This document shows, one piece after another, positions 45,102 through 55,168 of a stretch of DNA of 55,308 nucleotides. The translations under genes were made by a program, and so were the position numbers. This stretch comes from a virus (Duplodnaviria; Caudoviricetes): positions 1 through 55,308 of the IMG/VR virus record IMGVR_UViG_3300025585_000054; one strand, given 5' to 3'. The number at the start of each line of letters is the position of its first letter. Position 1 is the first letter of the stretch. The notes below the pieces were generated by a model. It was not told the origin of the DNA, ran no database searches, and worked only from the letters and a program-made list of their open reading frames with translations.

Positions 45102-45695
45102 TTAAGCGTTAGCATCTACAATTGTACCATATTCCTTACCAGTTGACGAAGCATCTGGGAGGATACGGAACTCGACGGGCAGCTTAACGTTGTCGTTACG
45201 CTGGTAGCCTTGCTCCACGGTACCGAATGAAATAGCGCGCTTGCACGTGTAAGTACGAGTCTTACGCTGTGTTACAGATGTGCCCGGGGCGGGACCAACA
45301 ACCTTGATCTGACGCTCTTCAGGAAGAGGGTCGTGAATACCAAGGTTCAGTGTTGTACCACCACTTTGAACACCCGGCTGCAGCGAGGTCTTAGCGGTGT
45401 CACCAAACCCAGCGGCACCACCATAACCCCAAGCAAGGGCAAGGTTGTCGAAGGTGTTCTCGGCAAGGGTTGTCTTAACCATTACCTTCACCTTCGACTG
45501 AATAACGCGAGCGGCGTCACCGAACTGGTCAACTTCAATGTCAACCATGTCTGGCTCCCAAGAAATCATAACGCCTTCCTGAGTACCACCTACGTCGTAA
45601 AATGTTACGCTACCGAGAGCAGAGGATGTGCTAGCGTTGCTACCAACGGAAAGATTCCCCTCACCCACGATAATATTTGCGAATGTTACAGCCAT
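45102..45695 (-). CDS. Major tail protein
   Basis: NIIVG, DVGGT..GV, IEVDQ, TTLAE.T.DNL, LPVEFRILPD; GGAGG RBS. Confidence 0.85.
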   Translation of the reverse strand: MAVTFANIIVGEGNLSVGSNASTSSALGSVTFYDVGGTQEGVMISWEPDMVDIEVDQFGDAARVIQSKVKVMVKTTLAENTFDNLALAWGYGGAAGFGDTAKTSLQPGVQSGGTTLNLGIHDPLPEERQIKVVGPAPGTSVTQRKTRTYTCKRAISFGTVEQGYQRNDNVKLPVEFRILPDASSTGKEYGTIVDANA

Positions 45696-45707
45696 GAAAT
45701 AACCTCC

Positions 45708-45905
45708 TTATTCAAGGACAAACATTTTTTTGCCGTTTCTATCCCTTCGCTTGGATAGACGCACTGCATGGACAAAATCGACCTCTTCAGGCCGTCTGCC
45801 GATGCCTAATGATTTTTGCCACTCAAATTCATATGTGCGCTTACCTACCCTAGCGATAAAACCTGGCGTTTTGCCAATGTATGTAATTGCGGTATACATT
45901 GCCAT
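45708..45905 (-). CDS. Hypothetical protein
   Basis: 65-aa ORF preceded by a promoter. Confidence 0.65.
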   Translation of the reverse strand: MAMYTAITYIGKTPGFIARVGKRTYEFEWQKSLGIGRRPEEVDFVHAVRLSKRRDRNGKKMFVLE

Positions 45906-45913
45906 ACACCCCT

Positions 45914-45942
45914 ATCATAATCTATTTTTGTATATAAAGCAA
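45914..45942 (-). promoter_or_regulatory. SigA-type promoter upstream of the tail genes
   Basis: TTGCTT-N17-TATGAT, 8 nt before ATG. Confidence 0.55.
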
Positions 45943-45943
45943 T

Positions 45944-46357
45944 TTAGTCATTGGGAATCCAGCACATTTCAAAAATAGAAATAAACTGATAGTAGCCCTC
46001 CGGCTGCGTCGGCTGACGGTCAGCCGAGCGCACTAAATTCATATATAACATTCTACCATATGTGTCGTCTATAGTCTCTAATTGAATCTCATCAGATTGG
46101 TTAAGGAGGGCAATTATTTGATTCCGCACGGCATAGCCCCGCTCAGCGTCTGTGTCTAATACGGCGTAGATCACTCGATCGTGATGGATATAGAACATAT
46201 GCTCATCTTTGATGTCTGGTAAGTAGTCATAGAGGACGATAGGGGCTGTTTCCTCGTCGTATCCAACCATCGGAAATATTGTTATTTCCTCTTTGTCGGC
46301 CAACGACAATATTGTGGCGTCATTTTGAAGAAAGTCATTAACGCTATAAATCAACAT
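45944..46357 (-). CDS. Tail terminator-like protein
   Basis: Size, acidity and synteny. Confidence 0.55.
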   Translation of the reverse strand: MLIYSVNDFLQNDATILSLADKEEITIFPMVGYDEETAPIVLYDYLPDIKDEHMFYIHHDRVIYAVLDTDAERGYAVRNQIIALLNQSDEIQLETIDDTYGRMLYMNLVRSADRQPTQPEGYYQFISIFEMCWIPND

Positions 46358-46870
46358 TTACAGGCCCCCCGAAAGTCTGCCGGGACTTCCAAGATATTGC
46401 ACAGTCTTCTCCAGTAGGGTGCGGCTCATAATTTCTTCAACCTCGTCAACCCGGCTTTCGATACCCGGATGTTCTGCTTTTTCACCAATGTACATACCGC
46501 CATGAGTAAACTCGAACACCAGCAGCATATGAGGACCAGAACTATGAATAGTGTGCGGCTGAGTACCGGACATTAGGAAAAGACCCACTTCATCGGCTGG
46601 CTCTACGTCAACTCCTACCAAGATGTTATTGCCACTCAATACTTGATTTTTCTTAAACTCAAAGTGCTCAATACCACGACGCTCGGCATCTGGGTGGCGG
46701 CCTTCGTGCTCTGTGAATAGCTCCTCAATCTCTAACTTGGCTTCCTCAATGGCATCATCGCGCGCTGCCTTTAAAGCTTCCCAAACATTTGACTTATACT
46801 TATTCACATTAGTAATAGCCACTTTTTCTACTTTAGATATATTGCTTTTACTTACTTTAATTTTAAACAT
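46358..46870 (-). CDS. Neck/tail completion protein (HK97 gp10-like)
   Basis: GTQPHTI...L.F...HPG motif; synteny. Confidence 0.6.
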   Translation of the reverse strand: MFKIKVSKSNISKVEKVAITNVNKYKSNVWEALKAARDDAIEEAKLEIEELFTEHEGRHPDAERRGIEHFEFKKNQVLSGNNILVGVDVEPADEVGLFLMSGTQPHTIHSSGPHMLLVFEFTHGGMYIGEKAEHPGIESRVDEVEEIMSRTLLEKTVQYLGSPGRLSGGL

Positions 46871-47241
46871 TATTCATCAATCACCCTATAGCCAGAAACT
46901 TCAATATGATGAATTTTACCATAGAAGCCCGGCACTTTTACAATGCTAGTAATCTCGATAGGACCCGCCTCCAGAACATTGCCAAATCGGTCTACGACGT
47001 TATAAAGTCGCTTGCTGAAGTCGATAGGAGCATCTCCGTTAAAAGCAAAAGAAATAATTTCATTATGTGCATATACCGGAGTTGTCATAAAGTTGCGATT
47101 GTCATTAAATTGCGGAATAAAGGCGCATTTGACATCGGCTGACGAGACTGCCCAAGAGGGTTTCTTTTGACCGGCCGCCGTTGTTGTGGTGGTCTTGCTG
47201 TAAATGTCTACACGATGCACCATGCGGACATGTGTAATCAT
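46870..47241 (-). CDS. Head-tail stopper
   Basis: DIY...GQKK..W...VKC; synteny. Confidence 0.6.
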   Translation of the reverse strand: MITHVRMVHRVDIYSKTTTTTAAGQKKPSWAVSSADVKCAFIPQFNDNRNFMTTPVYAHNEIISFAFNGDAPIDFSKRLYNVVDRFGNVLEAGPIEITSIVKVPGFYGKIHHIEVSGYRVIDE

Positions 47242-48128
47242 TATATAAGCCCCATTGTATAGATGGTATAGTCCATCAAAAGTACATCTGCTTCAATATT
47301 GCCTGTGCCGGACATGGCGGCATCTGAGAACGTCATTGAGTACTGATCCATCTTGGCATTGGAGATCCCGTGACGTGAATAGGCTGTATCGTCGTTCATG
47401 AAGTCATAAATCAATAAGCTAGCGGCTTCGGTGATATTTGATGGAACATGGTCCCATCCCCAGTTGGCTGTGAAAGTATAAAAGCTGCCGTCCATAAATT
47501 TAGGTTGAATGTACTGCTTTTCCTGTGTAGCGATAGGGATAATCTGCTCGATTCGTCGCATGTACATTTTTGACTCTACCGTTACCTCCACTTGATCTGA
47601 GATGTCCACATCGGGTTTCTCTGTAGCACTAATTAATTTGGTGCAACGGATGCCAAGGAAGATGTTTTCATGATCGTCCCCTTCATAAGTCAAGGACTTA
47701 TTCTGGATCGATTGAAAATTCTGACCGCAAATGGTGTCGATAAAGGATCGAACCCTGCGCTCCAAGCCATCAAACTTCTCTGAGAAGTCAGTTTCTAGCT
47801 CTGGATACGTCTCAAAAAACTCACCCTCTGTGATGTAGGGGGTATAAACATTGATAAACGCCGTAGACGTAAAATCATCTCCGCCTTCTGTGTATTTCCA
47901 GACGATTTTGTGTTTTCCAAAGCTATTAAGATCCGTGGCAGTAAAATTGTAGCTATATTCACCGGCGGCGTCTCTTGTCGCTAACTCTTCATCTACAATC
48001 GTGTCACCCCACTCATGCACTAGCGAGACAAAGACTTGATAATCACCACTAACGATGTCGGCGTCAGAGGCTAAACTCAACGTAGCTTCATACTCTTGAT
48101 TTTGCTTCGTATACACCTGTGTGGCCAT
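47241..48128 (-). CDS. Head-tail adaptor with N-terminal Ig-like domain
   Basis: TPY...IDTICGQNF...WGWDHVP.NI.EAA.LL. Confidence 0.7.
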   Translation of the reverse strand: MATQVYTKQNQEYEATLSLASDADIVSGDYQVFVSLVHEWGDTIVDEELATRDAAGEYSYNFTATDLNSFGKHKIVWKYTEGGDDFTSTAFINVYTPYITEGEFFETYPELETDFSEKFDGLERRVRSFIDTICGQNFQSIQNKSLTYEGDDHENIFLGIRCTKLISATEKPDVDISDQVEVTVESKMYMRRIEQIIPIATQEKQYIQPKFMDGSFYTFTANWGWDHVPSNITEAASLLIYDFMNDDTAYSRHGISNAKMDQYSMTFSDAAMSGTGNIEADVLLMDYTIYTMGLI

Positions 48129-48130
48129 AT

Positions 48131-48424
48131 TTAAATCCTAAACTTGGCTTTTATCACTGACCTTGCCAGTTGTGGGTAGCCATCAAAGTCACCCTTTAAC
48201 TCCACTATATACTTGGTTTCCGTGCTGGGAACCTCGTAGTCGTAATAAAAAATACCCGCGGACAGCCGACTGGCATTGCCAGTGCTTAAAATCTTCTTGG
48301 TTTCATAGCTATATACCGTAAAAGTGACGGCATTGGCATCAGCGTCAATCAAGACGTTAGAACTGTTTTTAAATGTCCCTTTGATTCTAATTGTGTCCCC
48401 CGTGTAAACAGTCGTTATTGCCAT
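48131..48424 (-). CDS. Small Ig-like virion protein
   Basis: YTGDTIRI..TF...G.FYYDY; start MAITT. Confidence 0.55.
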   Translation of the reverse strand: MAITTVYTGDTIRIKGTFKNSSNVLIDADANAVTFTVYSYETKKILSTGNASRLSAGIFYYDYEVPSTETKYIVELKGDFDGYPQLARSVIKAKFRI

Positions 48425-48449
48425 AGTGTTATTATAACTCCCTTCTTCC

Positions 48450-49241
48450 TTAAATGCCATCAATAGCAAGTACTATTGATTTATCCTCATATGTCATGGT
48501 GATATTGACAATCGTCTCAATGCTGATTACAGCAGAGACAGCATTAATATCTCCGACTCGTTGCTTAACTAAACTAGCCGCCATAGATAAGGCACCAGCG
48601 AACACTTTTGCGAGAGTGCGCCTCGTGGTGCCAGATGCCGAAATATTTCCACTCAGCGGCTTTCTAGCCACCTTAGAGAGGACCTGAGTGGGTAGTACCG
48701 AGCCACTCAGAATCCGGAAAGCAGATAGAATTTCGGCAAAGGAGCTTTGAGGTACCAGATATCCATCAAAGATCTTAGCTGATAGTTTCTGAACTGTCCC
48801 GGCTGCGGCCAAAGATGATGTCAAATATGCGGAAACCGCAAACTGCTTGGTGGCACTGCTGTCCAGCTGTCCAGTGAAATATTTGGATGGAATATATGCA
48901 ATATCACCGCTGATAGCGGATACCGCCCCAACAAGGACCACCGTTAAGACTAAAATGTCATCCAGAGCAGCCGCTGGAGTCAGACTGCCGCTAAACGAGC
49001 GGCTCATAGACTTCACCAGCGTAGAATTCATTGCTATTGCGCTAGCAAGTAGCTTAACAATACTTGCATTGGCTGCATAGGTTCCGCTGGATGTTATTGA
49101 TCCAGACGAAGATTTACTTGCTTCCTTTACGTTGACACCGGCTAAGGCAAGCGTATGTGCGATAACCTGAAAATAAAGAGCAACGCGAGGAATGGGTCTG
49201 TATGAGGATCGAGTGAATGTGCCTCGCCCCGAACGCGCCAT
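48450..49241 (-). CDS. Ser/Ala-rich repeat virion protein
   Basis: ~19-aa periodic K.FSG.L...G.L repeats. Confidence 0.55.
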   Translation of the reverse strand: MARSGRGTFTRSSYRPIPRVALYFQVIAHTLALAGVNVKEASKSSSGSITSSGTYAANASIVKLLASAIAMNSTLVKSMSRSFSGSLTPAAALDDILVLTVVLVGAVSAISGDIAYIPSKYFTGQLDSSATKQFAVSAYLTSSLAAAGTVQKLSAKIFDGYLVPQSSFAEILSAFRILSGSVLPTQVLSKVARKPLSGNISASGTTRRTLAKVFAGALSMAASLVKQRVGDINAVSAVISIETIVNITMTYEDKSIVLAIDGI

Positions 49242-50767
49242 TACCAGACCGCCGATCTATTGACACCCTGCAGCAAAGATTGTTTTCTGACTGTGGCTGT
49301 ATCTGATATTCTTAAATAGCCAATTTTTCCATAGTTGGGAGTAGTATTAGTATCAGAACTCATTGCGGGTAAAGTAAAACCGTATGCCTTATTGGTAGGA
49401 GTGGCAAAATTGCCATATGTAAACGACCCTTGCAAGCCTGCCGACTGCCCGGGGGCTGGCGGCAATTTCCAACTGACTACAATAGCGGAGTCGCTGGTTC
49501 CCACTTTCTTTAAACAAACAGATAAATCCCACTGCTCGTCCGCTGGACGAAACCCAGAACTTGTAAGCGTATCTGTAATATTTCCAGATGAAGCTAGTTC
49601 TTGAGCTGTTCCAGCGACTGTTGCAAATAGCTTGATAACCAAAGTCCCGGGATTATTTTCTGGGGTAACATCACCACTTTTATTTCCAGCGTGCGAATAA
49701 CCTAGTGTGATATATAAATTATTAGCTGAAACTGTATTAAAATCAGCATCAGCATAAAAACGCAGGCTAGGAACGTTATCAACAAAAAATGTTACAGTAC
49801 CTGAGACATTTGTATAAGAACTTCCCGGGTGTATATGTCCCCAGTCTATGGTTCCATAAGATAAAGTATCAGCTGTGGTTCCCGATGAGCAGACAACAGC
49901 GGAGCCAGTAGTTGATAAATCCGGATCTGCTCCGACAAGCTTGATAGCAACTAAGCCTTGGGTAGCGTTGGTTGTCCATGTAATGGTATTGATGGTACCT
50001 GCTGTAATTATATCGCCCCACGATTGGTTGTTTCCAGTACTATAATATCCAGTCGCTGCATCTGCTGTTACTGATACGGCGCTCACCATTAAGTTAGTTT
50101 GATAAGTGGGAACAGTAGCCGCTACGGCATTCCTGCCGAAAAAATATATACAGTTTTGAGAAGCCGAACTACTACCGCCAGTGGCAAGAGGGCCTACGGA
50201 TGTTGATGTAGCAGAGTTAGTAACGGCCGAACTCTCTATTGCAGTTGCTTCAACTGCATAACAGTTGATAAAGTCATAAGCCCAAGCATAGATACGAGAT
50301 TGCGATACGCCACCGAAATCCACATTAATTGCTGTATTTGTTGGTGATGCTCCCTTAGCCCTAAATACCGTAATACGTCTAGTGCCATACGTTTGAGTAT
50401 TTACCTGCGTCCAAGTAAGGCCGCATCCTGCGGTAATTGTGGGGGTAGTAGCCGTGCCAGACGCAATCTGATTAATAACGCACAATAAAACCAATCTATT
50501 GACGCCGGGTGTCGTTCCAACAGTTGCACTTAAAGAAGTACCAGTACCTGTTGCAGCTGTACCACTAATAATACTATTACCCTTAGTGGGCGAAGCACTA
50601 AGGGCAAAGGAGGCTAAGCCACTCGAAACCGCAAGTGTGGGTGACACAGCATTAGAGTCACTAGTATATGCATCAAAATTTCTTGTGATTGAGCCTGTTA
50701 AGTTGGGCCAACCACTTTGATTGTTTGAAAATTCATTGCCTGTAAAAAAGTTAGTAATTTGAGGCAT
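49241..50767 (-). CDS. Beta-rich virion/fibre-like protein
   Basis: T/S/G-rich; GGAGG RBS before MPQIT. Confidence 0.55.
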   Translation of the reverse strand: MPQITNFFTGNEFSNNQSGWPNLTGSITRNFDAYTSDSNAVSPTLAVSSGLASFALSASPTKGNSIISGTAATGTGTSLSATVGTTPGVNRLVLLCVINQIASGTATTPTITAGCGLTWTQVNTQTYGTRRITVFRAKGASPTNTAINVDFGGVSQSRIYAWAYDFINCYAVEATAIESSAVTNSATSTSVGPLATGGSSSASQNCIYFFGRNAVAATVPTYQTNLMVSAVSVTADAATGYYSTGNNQSWGDIITAGTINTITWTTNATQGLVAIKLVGADPDLSTTGSAVVCSSGTTADTLSYGTIDWGHIHPGSSYTNVSGTVTFFVDNVPSLRFYADADFNTVSANNLYITLGYSHAGNKSGDVTPENNPGTLVIKLFATVAGTAQELASSGNITDTLTSSGFRPADEQWDLSVCLKKVGTSDSAIVVSWKLPPAPGQSAGLQGSFTYGNFATPTNKAYGFTLPAMSSDTNTTPNYGKIGYLRISDTATVRKQSLLQGVNRSAVW

Positions 50768-51417
50768 TATATAACCTCCAATATGCAATCTAAATTATAA
50801 ATTTCAAAAACATTGAACATTTTTTTTATGTCCGAATTGATACCCTCATTAATATATTTATTATAAAGTCTTTGTAGTGCCTCTAAATTCCACTGATTAT
50901 TTGTCAATAAGGTTGCTGGAAACAGTGGATTACCGCTGAACATTTCTAGCATCCAAGTTTGGACTGACTGAAAGTCTTCATCAATAAAACTAAGCGCAGC
51001 AATATAACCATAAAGATTATTAACATCAAAAGATTCTTCAACATTAACTAATTTGCTAATCAACCAGTTGCGATGATTAACGACTGCATTGGTATATTCT
51101 TCAAAAGAATAGCCATATGGTCGAACAGGTCTATCGGCAGTAAAGGAATTAATTTGATTCTCTAAATCCCACTCTTCTGATTCCGTCTGGATGATAGCAA
51201 TATGCTTATTGCGAGCAAAAATAACCTGATTGCTCCAGCGATTGACACTCAAGTTTTCCTCAATGAGAGTTTTACTAAAGTCCACACATGCCGATCTATT
51301 GTTTATAAATAACAAAAGGGCATCTATTTCTGGAATAAAGTCCAGACTAGAGACATAAGGGTTTTCTACGGACCCGTCGCCCAAGCATCTAACATGTGTA
51401 AAATAAGAGACTGTCAT
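50767..51417 (-). CDS. Hypothetical protein (AT-rich)
   Basis: 216-aa ORF, GGAG RBS. Confidence 0.65.
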   Translation of the reverse strand: MTVSYFTHVRCLGDGSVENPYVSSLDFIPEIDALLLFINNRSACVDFSKTLIEENLSVNRWSNQVIFARNKHIAIIQTESEEWDLENQINSFTADRPVRPYGYSFEEYTNAVVNHRNWLISKLVNVEESFDVNNLYGYIAALSFIDEDFQSVQTWMLEMFSGNPLFPATLLTNNQWNLEALQRLYNKYINEGINSDIKKMFNVFEIYNLDCILEVI

Positions 51418-51419
51418 GG

Positions 51420-51863
51420 CTACTCCTGCCAGACGATACCTGCAGCAGCATTCACGGAAGCGGCTGCTGTAACCTCCAAGCGAAGGAAACTGCTCACTGG
51501 AATCTGAATCTCTCTATCCATCGGGTACTGCACTAAAATGCCTGACTGAGGATGCACGTAGTGCGTCTCAAGAGTGTCAGATGCCGTACCTTCTGCGGTA
51601 GCAGTATGCTTGGCTGTCGTAGCGGCAGCGTCGTACTTATCAGTGTATTTTGTAACTGTTAAGCTGGTACCTGTGATAGTGGCAGTCCCTCTTCTGATTT
51701 TGACAGTAATAGGGGTGGCCGTACCTGATGTGCCCTCAAACTCAACCCACCAACTTAATACCGTCGCACGCACGGTGGACGTTGTAGCAAGTTCAATAAG
51801 AGTCTTGGCAGATGTGCCTGTGGCCATACCACTGTTGGTAGCAACATAAATACCGTTCGACAT
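51420..51863 (-). CDS. Putative virion structural protein
   Basis: T/A-rich beta protein in the structural operon. Confidence 0.55.
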   Translation of the reverse strand: MSNGIYVATNSGMATGTSAKTLIELATTSTVRATVLSWWVEFEGTSGTATPITVKIRRGTATITGTSLTVTKYTDKYDAAATTAKHTATAEGTASDTLETHYVHPQSGILVQYPMDREIQIPVSSFLRLEVTAAASVNAAAGIVWQE

Positions 51864-51864
51864 A

Positions 51865-52575
51865 CTAACCCCCCGCGGTGAACGTTAAGTCATAGGTTGT
51901 CTGCAACGCGTCACCGGATGAAAGGTTAACTACCGAGAACACTGAGCGGTCAAGAAGAACCCCACCAGCATTTGAAGCCTGATTGAAGATACCGTGCTCG
52001 CCCACAGCGGCTGTGCCGTCAAGGGTGTTGGTAGCAACTGTACGGAAGATGTTTCCGGAAGCCCCCTCACCAACTGTACCTGTTGGGCGTGTGTTGTTGG
52101 TAGCGTATTCAGTTGTAAGCTCTGTCTCAAGCGTTGTGTCACCAGCAGCCTCAGCATTGTCGCCAGTGCCAAGAGCGTGGTACTTGAAGTTCTCAAGCTC
52201 AAGCGTGTTCTGGAAAGCGTCAACAATAGCCTCAACACCTACTGTGGTAACTACGCGCATCGAAATAATACCAAGGTCAAGTGACTCTCCATTACGAATC
52301 ACGGTACCCCAAAGTGTACCATAAAACGTAGGAATCTTATTGTCATAGGCCATCTTCGCGTGCTTCCAACCGCGCATGATGTTCTGCCAGTTCATTGTGC
52401 GATATGTACGCACTTCATCGTCTAAGTTTGAGTGCGGCATAGCGTACTCGTGTACTAATTCATTTAAATCCTTTGGACCCTCATTCGCACGAATAATCTG
52501 CAGGCCGACGTTGCCCGCAGCAGCGAGAGAGTGAGGATTGCTTTTCTGTGACTTCTTGAGCCCGAAAATTGACAT
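51865..52575 (-). CDS. Virion protein with tail-collar/fibre-like domain
   Basis: VVTTVG, YHALGTG...DTTLETE, EHGIF...LLDRSVF..VN..SGD.LQ.TY; AGGAGG RBS. Confidence 0.6.
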   Translation of the reverse strand: MSIFGLKKSQKSNPHSLAAAGNVGLQIIRANEGPKDLNELVHEYAMPHSNLDDEVRTYRTMNWQNIMRGWKHAKMAYDNKIPTFYGTLWGTVIRNGESLDLGIISMRVVTTVGVEAIVDAFQNTLELENFKYHALGTGDNAEAAGDTTLETELTTEYATNNTRPTGTVGEGASGNIFRTVATNTLDGTAAVGEHGIFNQASNAGGVLLDRSVFSVVNLSSGDALQTTYDLTFTAGG

Positions 52576-52642
52576 ATTTCCTCCTAAAATTTTGGGTTTA
52601 GACCCTATTGTTATTTTCCCATACGGGAAGTTAAGTAGCAAA

Positions 52643-54871
52643 TTATGCTTTACTGATTAATCTCCACCTTGAAGCTGTTGAATCCCAAATAAAATCTAAA
52701 TCTACTCTTGTAGTCGTGAATGTAGTAGGGAGAGTGACTGTACTCGCCACAAATTTAGCTGCATCCCATGAAAGTGCTGGTGTGCCGCTTGAACTTTTGA
52801 GGTGAATATGTAACATGTCTCCTTCACTTGGGGTACCAGTTGCTGTAAAGGCCGTAGTCACAGCATTCGTTTGAGCTGTGATACCATATAAAGCAACATT
52901 GTCAGTATTGACAGAGGGAGCCGCTGTTGCATCTGCTACTAATAATGGCTGCCTATCTACAGAGCGCCCGGTCGGACGAGAAGCAGAATAACTTTCTACC
53001 GTTGTAGTAGCAGATGCCCTCCAGTTTGACTTGGAAACAACATTGGTAGATGAACCAAGGAAATAAATATATGCAGCTCCGTAATTTAAGCTTCCTTCAA
53101 ATTGATTATTTTCAATAGTAATACCGTCAGCTACATTACCAAGACCTGTTACTACAGTAGATGCATCTACTACAATACAACGCAGTGATGGCAATCTATT
53201 AGATGTCTGACCTGAAGACGGGCTAAACGAAAATAAATTATTAGAAATATTTACATTATAAGATGATCGCAGTCTAATGAACGCACCGGGTTGATATATT
53301 GCGTCTTCAGTGCCACTAGCAATACTGGCCGGTGATCCGGCATAAAAATAGCAATTAGTCATAGTAACACCACTAACTGCGTCTAATGCAATAACAGCAC
53401 CAGCATTAACACTATTGCCTCCGGACGTTCTATTGGCTTCAAATTTACAACGATCGAAAACAATTCGATAAGGACGCTGCTGGGATGTGTAAGTAATGGC
53501 AGGATCTTTGCCGCTAACAGTTAAATGACGAAGCATTCCATTTTCAAACCAGCCGTCTCTAAAGACAATATTGTCTGCGGTCCACGAGCCTTCGTTGTCC
53601 GAGACCATTAAACCAGCAATAGCTGAATCTCCATCTGCATTCGAAGATGAACCGCAGTCGTCAATACGAAATCTTTCAACGGTGCCGTCTGAGGCTCCAT
53701 TAAAATACATGCCGTATCCACGACAAGAAGATATTTGCAAATCGGCTAAGTAAAAAATATTTACCCACTGAACCTGCAGTCCTGTAACGTTGGCAAATCC
53801 TTTGCCGTCAATAGATATATTTGTAATTGTATAATTTGTTCTAGTTCTGCCTGTTCCGGGGTCGCTAGCGAACGGCTGAATTTTTAACATTGGACCACTT
53901 ACTGCTGGGACGGCAGCTTTATTGTACTTTAATCTTGTTCCCCCATCTCCAGCGCTATTATTATATCCTCTAGAATTGCTGGTACCCTGAAGCATCATTT
54001 TCACATAAAAAACTCCACCAACTCCGTATGCTAAATTTAATACATTTAAATCATCGATATAAAAAGTGCCAGCGGTTAACTTAACATTGAAAATACCATT
54101 TGCTCCAGCGTAACCAATAGCAGTCATAATTGTGTCTTCATCGTTTGACCCTGCACATACATAGTCAGCGGCACTCTTCAATGTTGCCGGAGCATCACTA
54201 GCAGCGACTAGAACGTATGGGCGGGTATTTTGAAGAGTTGCCGATCCGCTAATCGTTGTTGGCTCCCACTGAGAAGAGGTGGAGTTCCAAGCGATAGCCT
54301 GACCTGAAGTTGGAGCGGTAGATGCAACAGTTCTATTTTGAATTTTAGCAACCGTTGGAGCCGAAGCAGTACCAGCTAAGTCACCGGCTAACTGAATAGC
54401 TCCTTTGGCGCCTGTAGTAGCGTCCGAAATACTGATTGCGGGCGTAGTTCCACCAGAAGAAACAATAGGTGCAGTTCCTGTTACTGCTGTGACCGTCCCT
54501 CCTCCACCGCCAGAAATTGTGGCTGGTGCCCATGCCGTTCCATTCCACGCAAGGGCCTGCCCCGCAGTTGGGGCGGTGCTGGTCACAGAACGTCCTTGAA
54601 TTTTTACGACAGTAGGGTTTGGCATAGTGCCACTTAAATCACCACCGGCAGTAGTTAATCCGCTAATGCTAGAATCCATTGCGGCAATTTTTGTTGCTAT
54701 ATTAGCTGAGGCGCCTTTGGCAGTCCTTAAATCGCTAGAGATCGCAGCGACTTCTTCCTCTACCGCTGTGTGATCGGCGGCATGAAGGTCAGTACCGTCT
54801 GACTGGACGGCGGTTGTAGAGCTTGTAGGGTTTCTAAATGCCCTTCCACTATTGGGATATGATGCAGTCAT
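52643..54871 (-). CDS. Fibre/spike protein with beta-helix (pectate-lyase-like) domain
   Basis: Duplicated GDL.GT...PTV.KIQ...P..GQA.AW module, ADYVC.G..DE.I..A, parallel beta-helix repeats. Confidence 0.7.
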   Translation of the reverse strand: MTASYPNSGRAFRNPTSSTTAVQSDGTDLHAADHTAVEEEVAAISSDLRTAKGASANIATKIAAMDSSISGLTTAGGDLSGTMPNPTVVKIQGRSVTSTAPTAGQALAWNGTAWAPATISGGGGGTVTAVTGTAPIVSSGGTTPAISISDATTGAKGAIQLAGDLAGTASAPTVAKIQNRTVASTAPTSGQAIAWNSTSSQWEPTTISGSATLQNTRPYVLVAASDAPATLKSAADYVCAGSNDEDTIMTAIGYAGANGIFNVKLTAGTFYIDDLNVLNLAYGVGGVFYVKMMLQGTSNSRGYNNSAGDGGTRLKYNKAAVPAVSGPMLKIQPFASDPGTGRTRTNYTITNISIDGKGFANVTGLQVQWVNIFYLADLQISSCRGYGMYFNGASDGTVERFRIDDCGSSSNADGDSAIAGLMVSDNEGSWTADNIVFRDGWFENGMLRHLTVSGKDPAITYTSQQRPYRIVFDRCKFEANRTSGGNSVNAGAVIALDAVSGVTMTNCYFYAGSPASIASGTEDAIYQPGAFIRLRSSYNVNISNNLFSFSPSSGQTSNRLPSLRCIVVDASTVVTGLGNVADGITIENNQFEGSLNYGAAYIYFLGSSTNVVSKSNWRASATTTVESYSASRPTGRSVDRQPLLVADATAAPSVNTDNVALYGITAQTNAVTTAFTATGTPSEGDMLHIHLKSSSGTPALSWDAAKFVASTVTLPTTFTTTRVDLDFIWDSTASRWRLISKA

Positions 54872-54908
54872 AAAATCTCCATTCTAGTATATGTTCGCAT
54901 ACTCTTTC

Positions 54909-55100
54909 TTAAGTAGCAATCTCATAACCGTAATAAGCACGCAATTCTTCAGGTTCTGCGGTGCGGAAGCGTGAACTTTCCAGCAGAGTTTCTGCTTCAC
55001 GCTCTTCTACTAGCTGATATGGGTGTTCTCGCGTAAACACAACTCCTGATGCCGTCGAATACCCAACGCCACTCTCCATGTATAAGAGAATTTTGCTCAT
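54909..55100 (-). CDS. Small protein after the capsid gene
   Basis: MSKILLYMESG...FTREHPYQLV; TGCTATACT -10 just upstream. Confidence 0.7.
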   Translation of the reverse strand: MSKILLYMESGVGYSTASGVVFTREHPYQLVEEREAETLLESSRFRTAEPEELRAYYGYEIAT

Positions 55101-55117
55101 ATCATATAAGTATAGCA

Positions 55118-55145
55118 GAAGGCGGCCCCGTAAGGAGCCGCCTTC
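55118..55145 (-). terminator. Hairpin after the capsid gene
   Basis: GAAGGCGGCTCC-ttac-GGGGCCGCCTTC. Confidence 0.7.
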
Positions 55146-55168
55146 CACTAACCAATAATATTGTTATA

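Noticed and set aside
787-54599. Numerous + strand ORFs in the track (e.g. 1480-2253, 8320-8805, 39748-40170)
   Set aside because: Antisense shadows of well-supported minus-strand genes, with no recognisable motifs
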